This document shows, in pieces, positions 1 through 8,170 of a DNA stretch of 8,732 nt. Numbering within the stretch: the first letter of the stretch is position 1; the number at the start of each line of letters is the position of its first letter. The notes beneath the pieces were generated by a model. It did no database searches and was not told the DNA's origin. It worked only from the letters and a program-made list of their open reading frames with translations. Source of the stretch: Octopus sinensis (taxonomy: Eukaryota). Where the stretch lies: assembly GCF_006345805.1 (NCBI RefSeq), contig NW_021828288.1, positions 1 to 8,732 of the forward strand, in the 5' to 3' direction. The translations under genes were made by a program, and so were the position numbers.

Positions 1-35
1 AAATAAAACTGAATAATGACATACTACGTGCGTAC

Positions 36-538
36 ATGCACACATACATACACACATACACACACACATATATATATATATACATATATATATATACATA
101 TATATATATACACTATATATACATACATATATTATATATACAATATATATTATACCTGATACATATATATAATTATATATACATACATTATATAAATATA
201 TATATGCATATACATAATATATATATACATATATATATATATATAGCTATAATAATATATGTATATATATATATATATATACACCATAATATCTATGCCA
301 GTATATATATATATGTATATATATATATATGTAATAGCATATATATATATGTTATATGTATATATGTATATGCATATATATATATATTTATATCATATAG
401 ATATATATATGTATGTATATTATATATATATATAATATCTATATGTATATATATGTATGTACATACATACATACATGCACACACACTCACTCTATATATA
501 TAATATCATATACATTACATACATATATACGTATAGAC

Positions 539-574
<36 letters not shown>

Positions 575-672
575 CACATATACATATATACATACACACA
601 CACATACATACATAACCACACACACACCACACACACATATATAATATATATATACATATATATATATATATG
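36..672. repeat. Degenerate (TA)n/(CA)n/(TACA)n compound microsatellite
   Basis: Seen directly: about 640 bp of alternating purine/pyrimidine dinucleotides. It explains the Y/I/H/T-rich spurious ORFs. Confidence 0.97.
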
Positions 673-748
673 GATATAGATATAGTCAGAAAGATAGATA
701 GATAGACTGACAGATAGACAGACAGACAGAAAGACAGACAAATAGATA
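673..748. repeat. (GATA)n/(GACA)n tetranucleotide microsatellite
   Basis: Seen directly: agatagatagatagactgacagatagacagacagacag. Confidence 0.9.
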
Positions 749-1106
749 TTATAATCAAACAGACATCGCCAACATAAACACTGAACACTCAACAGCCGAG
801 CTTGTTCGTTTTTCTACCCTTGTTTTCTGTCTCACAAAATATTGATTTAGATTTCGATATCATGGAACAATCTGCTGTTTGTTTTCACAGCATTTGTTCC
901 ACCACCCTGATCTCCCGCCCCTCTCCTCCCTTATTCTCTCACTCTCTCTCCTAATTACAGCCGACATATTTGAAAAGTGTAATTAAAACAAAACACTGTC
1001 TGATCACCATAAGTGATTTAGTGTATATTTATAGTTTAACTTAATATATTCTTAGCGCGACCTTCCTCATATTTGATTGATGTGAAGATCTGGGGGATAA
1101 TAAAGA

Positions 1107-1166
1107 TTAATAATAGCAACGGCAATGATGATAATAATAATAATAAAATATAATAATAAAATAATA

Positions 1167-1199
<33 letters not shown>

Positions 1200-1231
1200 T
1201 AATAATGATAATAATGATAATAATAATGATG

Positions 1232-1275
<44 letters not shown>

Positions 1276-1360
1276 TAATAATAAATAATAATAATAATGA
1301 TAATAATAATAATGATGATAATAATGATAATAATAATAATAATGGTGATGATAATAATAA
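1107..1360. repeat. (AAT)n microsatellite with GAT variants
   Basis: Seen directly. Confidence 0.97.
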
Positions 1361-1592
1361 TCCGTTTCTTTTTTGTCACAAAGGCGACGGATGAGGGGAC
1401 AAATAAAGTTAAAAATTAAAATAAGCAGTTTTACATAAATCTAGTTGGAGCAAAAAAAAAAAAACAGGCATGTAAAACCAACAGTGTAAACAAAAATGAC
1501 ATGAAACGTCTCTGTAGGGAAAGGATAATAATACACCTCTCGAGAAGGAGGACAAACAGGAAACTGCACTGGCCCTGGATAACCATTACAAT
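1361..1592 (-). mobile_element. Possible 3' end fragment of a non-LTR retroelement running into an (ATT)n tail
   Basis: The minus strand ends tttgtcccctcatccgtcgcctttgtgacaaaaaagaaacgg followed by (att)n. This resembles SINE/LINE 3' tails I recall from octopus. It lies between two AAT tracts. The call is inference. Confidence 0.35.
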
Positions 1593-1609
1593 TAATAATG
1601 ATAATAATG

Positions 1610-1651
<42 letters not shown>

Positions 1652-1665
1652 TAATAATAATAATA
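1593..1665. repeat. (AAT)n microsatellite
   Basis: Seen directly. Confidence 0.95.
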
Positions 1666-2130
1666 AAAAGATCGGCTACAGCAAATATTCTGCTCAATAC
1701 CACAGATTTGCTTGTCAGTTGTTTGACCTTAACCAGTTGAGCATGTCCCTTAGTGGCTGACGATATGTGCATCTCTGATCACGAGTAAAAGTAGTGGGGG
1801 AGCATCATAGCCATGTGTTGAGAGGGATTCTTTGAGGTTTGAATGATTCACCTCTGGAAACATGGGTGTTTCGTTCAACATCCTTAAACAACCCTTACTC
1901 AGGGACCTTTTGAGTGGGATGGGTTACCCAACCAGAAGAAAATTCTAAATGGGCCCCACCCGCAAGGTCACGCGCTGTTTATCTTGTTATGAGATCACCA
2001 TGTCGCGCACATATGGTTGTGATGCATGTGCCTGGTGTACCCTTATCAGACGGGTAGTCATGATGGGTATACTGGGCTTCGTATATTTGTACCCCAGTGT
2101 CACTTGATGGCATGCACTCCTCTCTCACTC
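1664..2130. mobile_element. Interspersed repeat A, copy 1 (left end missing), embedded in (AAT)n; probable non-autonomous retroelement
   Basis: 1664-2098 aligns with 2294-2698, and part of it aligns with 4147-4311. Both ends abut AAT tracts. No TIR, LTR or pol III boxes are recognisable. Confidence 0.85.

Positions 2131-2198
<68 letters not shown>
2131..2198. repeat. Perfect (AAT)n microsatellite, about 22 units
   Basis: Seen directly. It separates repeat A copies 1 and 2. Confidence 0.98.
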
Positions 2199-2200
<2 letters not shown>

Positions 2201-2205
2201 TAAAA

Positions 2206-2698
2206 TTCCCTGATGCAGTACCAGGTAGTGGCTCTCATGGCTTCTGATCTTAACTGAATGGAAGTGTTATCATGTACATTGTTTTGTCTTGGTATAAAAG
2301 ATGGGTTAACAGCAAATATTCTGCTCAATACCACAGATTTGCTTGTCAGTTGTTTGACCGTAACCAGTTGAGCATGTCCCTTAGTGGCTGACGATATGTG
2401 CATCTCTGATCACGAGCAGAAGTAGTGGGGGAGCATCATAGCCGTGTGTTGAGAAGGATTCTTTGGAGTTTGAATAATTCACTTTGGAAATATGGGTGTT
2501 TCATTCATCATTCAGGGACCTTTTGAGCGGGATGGGCCACTTGACCTGTTGAAAATTCTAACTGGGCCCCACCTACAAGGTCATACGTTGTTTATCTTGA
2601 TATGAGGTCACCATTTCGCGCACATATGATTGTGATGCATGTGCATCCAGACGGTTGGTCATGATGGGTATACTGGGCTTCGTATCTTTTACCCCAGT
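2206..2698. mobile_element. Interspersed repeat A, copy 2 (extra ~90 bp on the left, lacks the last ~32 bp, two small internal deletions)
   Basis: Direct repeat of 1664-2098. 2309-2416 matches 1678-1785 with one mismatch. Confidence 0.85.
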
Positions 2699-2715
2699 AA
2701 ATAGTAATAATAATA

Positions 2716-2798
<83 letters not shown>

Positions 2799-2854
2799 AA
2801 TAATAACAACAACAACAACAACAACACCACCACAACAACAACAACAACAACAAC
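2699..2854. repeat. Compound trinucleotide microsatellite (AAT)-(GAT)-(AAT)-(AAC)
   Basis: Seen directly. Confidence 0.97.
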
Positions 2855-3039
2855 CGAGACAGGTTGCAAAGCTGTAGATTTTGGGATCAAATATCGAAAA
2901 TAGGGTTTAAAAGCAGCAACACAAATAATTCAAGTATATGATATGAGGGGGTCACAGAGAGAATCTCACAGAAACAGGATTAACCATGAATCAAGGCCAA
3001 GTGCCCTTTCTCAGCTATGTTTTCCGGTCAGAAAAAAAA

Positions 3040-3570
3040 AGTTACTAGTATATCCATTCACACGAGCCATTCTCGTCCCTCTCATTTACCTATTACTCAC
3101 TAGATGGCAGCACCTTCATATTTTCCCAACCTTCCCCTTCAAGTGGATGGGTTTAATAAGGACTTGGCCGAAGAAGAAGTGTCTGTGCTCAGTATTTTCA
3201 ATTTTGTCCATTATGTAACCTATTCTGTCATAGCTACCAGACAGAAGAAAACGTTCTCCTCTTCCCGTCCTAAAGAAAGTGGCGGGGTCTCAATGGACTC
3301 TACTGAGAGCTAGATTGATACTGCACAATACAATAACTGTTCGACATATTTCCATAAGTCAGCAATTTTGAAACAATTAACAAGTGCGTGTAAAGTGGTT
3401 TTGTCATTTTTCATGTATCTCTGACCTGCCACGTTAACGGTCCATCTGGTCTTCAGGGTTCATTTTGAACTGGTAATGGTTCTCGTAGCATTGTCGTGCC
3501 ATGGATTTCAAGAAGTGGTCGATAGCTTCCAAACTCAAAATCCACTCGAGTTGCGATCTTTGTCAACCTC
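3040..3570 (-). pseudogene. Decayed L1/Tx1-clade LINE ORF2 C-terminal (CCHC zinc-knuckle / zf-RVT) region
   Basis: Manual minus-strand translation across frameshifts and stops: IDHFLKSMARQCY / PLPVQNE / RYMKNDKTTLHALVNCFKIADLWKYVEQLL..I*LSVESI.TPP..FFCLVAMTE*VT*WTKLK / HLKGK. This fits the LPV..CxxC..ET..H...C......W pattern and the downstream [VI]WxxR pattern of L1/Tx1 ORF2. It is absent from the ORF track. Confidence 0.8.
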
Positions 3571-3572
3571 TA

Positions 3573-3953
3573 TACTCTTTCACTCTTTTACTTGTTTCAG
3601 TCATTTGACTGCGGCCATGCTGGAGCACTGACTTTAGTCGAGCAAATCGACCCCAGGACTTATTCTTTGCAAGCCTAGTACTTATTCTATCGGTCTCTTT
3701 TGCCGAACCGCTAAGTTACGGGGATGTAAATACAACAGCATCGGTTATCAAGCGATGTTGAGGAGACAAACACAGACACACAAACATATGCGCACACATA
3801 TATACATATATACATATATACGATGGGCTTCATTCAGTTCCCGTCTACTAAATCCACTCACAAGGCTTTGGTCGGCCCGAGTTTATAGCCCAGGGTGTCC
3901 GGAACCATGTTGTTGGTAAGCAAGCTACTTACCACACAGCCACTCCTACGCCT
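3573..3953 (-). mobile_element. tRNA-derived SINE (octopus OR-like, CORE-type) with internal (TA)/(TG) microsatellite; B-box region apparently deleted
   Basis: The minus strand starts ggcgtaggagtggctgtgtggtaag (A-box-like TGGCnnnnTGG). It ends ctccagcatggccgcagtcaaatgactgaaacaagtaaaagagtgaaagagta, a short tandem-repeat tail. CTATAC occurs at both ends (3570-3575, 3952-3957) as a possible TSD. The family name comes from recall. Confidence 0.85.
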
Positions 3954-4146
3954 ATACACTAATATTATTTTTCTTTTTTGTCTTTGGTTAGTATTATTTC
4001 CTACTTGCTTTCATTTAGAAATCAAAGGAAATGATTTCTGTTGCTGACAAACTTTGCGACCTGGGCATCAATATTTTGAAATTGACCCATTTTCCATTAC
4101 ATTTCAAGCAGATTCGACGCTGAGCTACTGAAGCAGAATTATCGTT

Positions 4147-4311
4147 ATAGCAAAGATTCTGCTCAATATCACAAATTTACTTATCAATTGCTTGATCTTA
4201 ACCACTTGAGCATGTCTGTTAGTGACTGACAATATGTGCATCTTTGATCACGAGCAGGTGTAATGGGGGAGCATCATAGCCATGTTGTTGAGGGATTCTT
4301 TGGTGTCTGAA
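4147..4311. mobile_element. Interspersed repeat A, copy 3 (older, diverged fragment)
   Basis: agcaaagattctgctcaatatcacaaattt...gggggagcatcatagccatg...gagggattctttg aligns with about 1680-1843 in the same orientation. Confidence 0.85.
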
Positions 4312-4423
4312 GGAAATGTTAGCCATTTTTCATACTTCCTAAGGGCATGTAAATAGGAAATAACAGTTGCCACCCAAGGACAAAAATTATGTTACACAGT
4401 GTTATTATTATTAGTAGTTAACT

Positions 4424-4622
4424 CGGCGAGCTGGCAGAATCGTTAGCACGCCGGGCGAAATGTTTAGCGTCATTTCGTCCGTCCTTACGGTCTGAGTTCA
4501 AACTTCGCCGAGGTCGACTTTGCTTTCATCATTTTGGGGTCAATGAAATAGATACCAGTTATGCACTGGGTTCGATGTAATTGACTTACCCCAACACCTT
4601 TCTATTAGTAGAAAGGATTATT
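4424..4622 (+). mobile_element. tRNA-derived SINE (octopus OK-like; Meta-domain-like body)
   Basis: A-box-like tggcagaatcg at 4432-4442 and B-box-like gagttcaaact at 4494-4504. A hairpin lies between them at 4453-4480. The body reads gactttgctttcatcattttggggtcaatgaaatagatacc, and the element ends gaaaggattatt. Family and domain names come from recall. Confidence 0.85.
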
Positions 4623-4630
4623 TAGGCGGT

Positions 4631-4840
4631 AGACAGTGGTATCCTTTAGGAGACAGTGATAGTATCTGGAAGATAACGATATCCCTTGAAGACAGAGATA
4701 TCACCTAAAAGGCAGAGATATTACCAGAAACATCCGATTTCATCTGAGATAGATATAACATCACAAAGGAGATTGAAATATCACATACGTGACTGATATA
4801 TCACTTAAATGATATAGTATGGTATAGATATTGCATGAAG
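4631..4840. repeat. Degenerate ~20-bp minisatellite (consensus about AGACAGAGATATCACCTGAA, about 10 units)
   Basis: Units start near 4631, 4651, 4671, 4690, 4710, 4729, 4749, 4770 and 4790, with a recurrent GATATCAC-like core. Confidence 0.8.
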
Positions 4841-5009
4841 GAAAAACTATCTTATGTGGTATCTATCTATAAACGCAAATATAAGTAACGGAAAAAACAA
4901 CTCAGTCCGCTCGTAGGAACTGAAGGTTTTAATATTTTAAGTAATGAAGACGAAGGGATGTGATATGCTACAAACATCCCATTGACTCTCTCACCATTTG
5001 TAACATTTT

Positions 5010-5138
5010 ATGTATATACCCATATAGATAGATACATACATATACACACACACATATGTCTATATGTGATTATGTACATATGTATGCATGTATATATACA
5101 TATATGCATATGTATGTATGTATGTATGTATGTGTATG
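5010..5138. repeat. Degenerate (TA)/(CA)/(TATG) microsatellite
   Basis: Seen directly. Confidence 0.9.
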
Positions 5139-5445
5139 GGTACAGCTATCCACATGTCTAAGAAGCAGTCTCGTTACATTCATTATTTACCACCATTTAA
5201 GTTGAAAATCTTAGCGGCTAAATTGTTAATTTGTAATTTGATCATATTGTTGCGTTTAACTAACGTCGTTAAAATCAAATCAATATATGATATTTAGCTA
5301 TGTGGATATTAATGGATGTAGTCTGAGTTAATGGAGCTAAGTGGACCGTGAATTATCTGGGAATGAGGTGAGTTATTTATGGAGACAGAAAAATGGTAAA
5401 GAATCACTGTAATGCAGTCAGTGACTCGGTAACCAATCGCATCAG

Positions 5446-5583
<138 letters not shown>

Positions 5584-5775
5584 ATCGTTGGCGATTTTCT
5601 TTCTCCGTCTTCCCTTCTTTGGACTTTTTTATTTTTTTCTATATTTCTGACGAAGAGCTCCACTCGAAATGTTAAATCCTCCTTCTTTCTTTCTTTTCCT
5701 GAGCGTCCAATAACACTATACTTATTCCAAGTCCTTGCGTTGTTGTGTTTTCTCTTTGTTCATCTTTGGATTAAC
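5584..5775 (+). mobile_element. Penelope-like pLTR / retrozyme-like short element carrying a hammerhead ribozyme
   Basis: A ~190-bp pyrimidine-rich unit between (TG)n and (TA)n that contains a hammerhead core. Minimal hammerheads are an established feature of Penelope-like element terminal repeats. Confidence 0.7.
5643..5677 (+). ncRNA. Minimal type I hammerhead ribozyme motif
   Basis: attt-CTGACGA-a-gag-ctcca-ctc-GAAA-tgt-t-aaat. Stem I is attt/aaat and stem II is gag/ctc with a 5-nt loop. The conserved CUGANGA and GAAA boxes are present, stem III has no loop, and the GUU triplet predicts cleavage after 5673. Confidence 0.75.
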
Positions 5776-5793
5776 TATATATATATATATATA

Positions 5794-6785
5794 CTCAGAA
5801 CCACACCAGTAGCTTAGGAGTGAAATTTATGATTTCTCAGTTTTCTGTGAATCGATTTTGATAAAACTTTTCTCAGCTGGTTTGCACACTATGGCAACAC
5901 CATTGTTATGTTTTCATTATTCTGTGTAACGTCCTTTCTTTTTTTTTATTTCAGATTCTTCAGTTTTGGATTGAACCACGCTAAGAGCTTTTGAATGAAA
6001 AGAGCCCATCTAGACATTTTTTTTTCCAGAAAATGAAGGGTAACGATACATATTAAGCATACATTGAGTACATGTTTAGCAGAAAACCATAATAATATTA
6101 TAACATTTATTGACATAATGAATTTAGCCTCACGAGCGCCATTTCGACGGATAACTTCAAAAGCCCTATTTAGTCATGGAATCTGTAAATTTCTTAATAG
6201 TAACAGGTTGGACTTCCTCTGCTGCAGCTTTGATGGTTGCCCAGAAAACATCTTTCGACGTAAATTGGCATCCATCAGGTTAAATATCTTGTTTAATGAT
6301 GGACCAAAGATTTTCGATAGGGTTGAGATCTGTAGATGCTTGCGGCCACACCATTAACCTTTTACCTTGTATGCCGTAAGACCTTAGGAATGTTTGGGTG
6401 GTCCTAGCAGAGTGGAAGACCTCCTTCAGGAGATTACAGTAGGCGGCTGCGGTCTCTTTAACCTCTTCCGGCATACTGACTGAGCCAACAAGTGTGTCCC
6501 CAATGATAACAGTTCACAAAATGACTCATCGACCATGTTGTTTATGTCGTAAACGTTGGTGATGCTCATCTCCAAAATAGACCCACCCATTTGCCCAACC
6601 GTCAGATTCGTATCCTAGTTTCGTCAGTGAACAGAACTCATGTCCTACGTCATGTATTCTTGGGCCCATTGAAGCCTCAAACTCCAGTGAGGAGGTAGTT
6701 TCAGGGGTTATCGCAGGGAAGCCATAGTCCTAAGGATGCGATTTCTGGTGGTTTTCGGTACATGAGGTGTGAAAATGGCTTTGCT
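5794..6785 (-). mobile_element. Decayed, 5'-truncated Tc1-family DNA transposon bounded by (TA)n tracts (5776-5793 and 6786-6811)
   Basis: Contains a transposase remnant at about 6125-6785. The segment 5794-6124 is inferred to be the 3' non-coding end, and no partner TIR is present in the window. Confidence 0.75.
6125..6785 (-). pseudogene. Tc1-like DD34E transposase pseudogene
   Basis: Manual translation over frameshifts: VPKTTRNRILR..PLKLPP..RLQWAQEYM / VLFTDETR (6614-6637, first catalytic D) / DGWANGWV..RLRHKQHG..IIGDTLVG..AAYCNLLKE / HSARTT..MVWPQASTDLNPIENLWSIIK (catalytic E) / KKFTDSM..FEVIRRNG. The QDNAP segment with the second D is deleted, and there are several stops. Confidence 0.93.
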
Positions 6786-6811
6786 TATATATATATATAT
6801 ATATATATATA

Positions 6812-6905
6812 GTGGGAGAATTCACAAAAAGAACAAAAGACGAAGACAGATGGTGTAGACAACAAACAGATACATTAGTATAACGCTCGGGAAGTGAAAA
6901 AGTCT
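6812..6905 (-). mobile_element. Tail fragment of a second pLTR-like element related to 5584-5775, ending in (TA)n
   Basis: The minus strand reads ttcccgagcgt...tttgttc...gaatt..(ta)n, parallel to ttcctgagcgt...tttgttc...ggatt..(ta)n at 5696-5793, with similar spacing. Confidence 0.55.
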
Positions 6906-7177
6906 AGAAGAACCCTGTCAAAATGCCAAAAGCTGGTGGAGCAGTATGGAAATGGGTCTGATATGCACGTTAGAAGACAATATAAGTGAACTTTCGAGGT
7001 TTTGTCGAGCCATCATTCTCCAGAACTCTGACCAGACAAGAAGTAAATTGTGTAGATTAGAAGACGGCTATAAATTCTGTCACTGATGCCCCACAGAGGC
7101 CACGAGATGGCTTTGGTTAAAAGGGGGAACCCCTAGTTTGCTGCCATTGGGATGCAGAATGAGACCTGATCAATCCC

Positions 7178-7268
7178 GACTGGGTCAACGTGAAATGAAG
7201 TGCTTTTCTCAAGAACACAACGCAACGCCCGGTCTGGGAATCGAACCCGCGATCTCGCAATCGTGAGT
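7178..7268 (-). mobile_element. tRNA-derived CORE-type SINE head fragment
   Basis: The minus strand has a perfect B box GGTTCGATTCC (7237-7247), followed by the CORE-like gttgtgttcttgagaaaagcacttcatttcac. The A box is lost into the adjacent microsatellite. Confidence 0.8.
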
Positions 7269-7412
7269 ACATATATAGATATATTTATGCATGTATGTAT
7301 GCACTTATATATGTATAAGCATATACATAAGCGTGTGTGTGTGAGCACGTATATATAGATATATATTATATATATATATTATATATATATATGTGTGGTG
7401 TGTGTGTGTGTG

Positions 7413-7443
<31 letters not shown>

Positions 7444-7586
7444 TGTGCGCGCGAGTGTGTGTATGTATATGATTATACATACATGCATGTGTGTGTGTGT
7501 GTGTACACATGTAGTGTAGCATTATGTAATAGAAATACATATATCTCCCTATATTGTGTATGTGTGTGTGGGAGTGTATGTGTGTG
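7269..7586. repeat. Compound (TA)n/(TG)n microsatellite
   Basis: Seen directly. Confidence 0.95.
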
Positions 7587-7669
7587 ATCTTGGGAAGTGA
7601 ATACTTTAAATGTAATTACTTATCATAGTAGATTATACATAAATATAGTTACCGAACTCTCATTCAATC

Positions 7670-7805
7670 CCCCCACATCTCTCTCTTTCTCTCTCCCCCC
7701 CTCTCTCTCTGTCCTTCTCTCGTCTCTTCTTCAGGAAATCTTTTCGAATTCATTCTTCTTTGTTCCTCTCTCACCATTCGGCACGTTTCTCTTCTCCTCT
7801 TTCTT
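7670..7805. repeat. CT-rich low-complexity tract
   Basis: (CT)n runs and a polypyrimidine bias. Confidence 0.7.
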
Positions 7806-8170
7806 GATGTCGTTTCTGCTTTTACAGAAGGAAAGTAATTTTTACGACGTAATTTGATGTGTTCTGCATAGATCAGTTTCGCCAATTGGAATATGGTAAT
7901 TCCAAGACATCGTACAAGATTTATTTATACGGTTCTATTGGTGGCTTCCAGACGAGGGCAATTACGACAACGAATGAAACTTAATATTTATCTAACAAAA
8001 GGAATATTCTATTTTATATTCTATTTTATATTTTTGATGTGCGCATGCGCCTCAGTCCAATCTTCATCAATTGCTACAGTTAGTAATACATGCTTGGAAT
8101 GTCAACGCTGAAACGGTTGTGGCAACGATACTGTTTCAATTATCCCACTGTCGTTATTTCATTTCACCTA

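Noticed and set aside
36-792. Five ORFs rich in Y/I/H/T/C/V
   Set aside because: They are translations of dinucleotide and tetranucleotide microsatellites.
915-960. Polypyrimidine tract plus CAG as a splice acceptor
   Set aside because: No convincing donor or coding exon follows, and CT tracts are common in this window.
1757-1763. CTGACGA box in repeat A (also at 2388)
   Set aside because: No downstream stem II plus GAAA.
1852-1905. Hammerhead-like minus-strand stretch ctgagtaa..gtttaa-ggatg-ttgaac-GAAACA-ccca-TGTT
   Set aside because: There is no CUGANGA adjacent to stem II and no stem I, and the segment is partly deleted in copy 2.
1431-2403. Two minus-strand ORFs sharing MHISSATKGHAQLV..SRIFAV
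   Set aside because: The identity reflects the DNA repeat. Both ORFs run into (ATT)n, and no protein motif is recognisable.
2573-2903. Poly-D/N/T and poly-S/L/V ORFs
   Set aside because: They are trinucleotide microsatellite read-throughs.
2943-3313. Two plus-strand ORFs
   Set aside because: They are antisense to the LINE remnant and show no coding signal.
4631-4840. CRISPR-like periodicity
   Set aside because: The units are degenerate and contiguous with no spacers, there are no cas genes, and the context is eukaryotic.
6064-6357. 97-aa plus-strand ORF
   Set aside because: It is the antisense shadow of the Tc1 transposase remnant.
7178-7268. tRNA gene
   Set aside because: Only a B box is present, with no cloverleaf, and it continues into a SINE body.
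8041-8050. Palindrome GCGCATGCGC (NRF1/EWG-like site)
   Set aside because: It is a single motif with no supporting promoter context.
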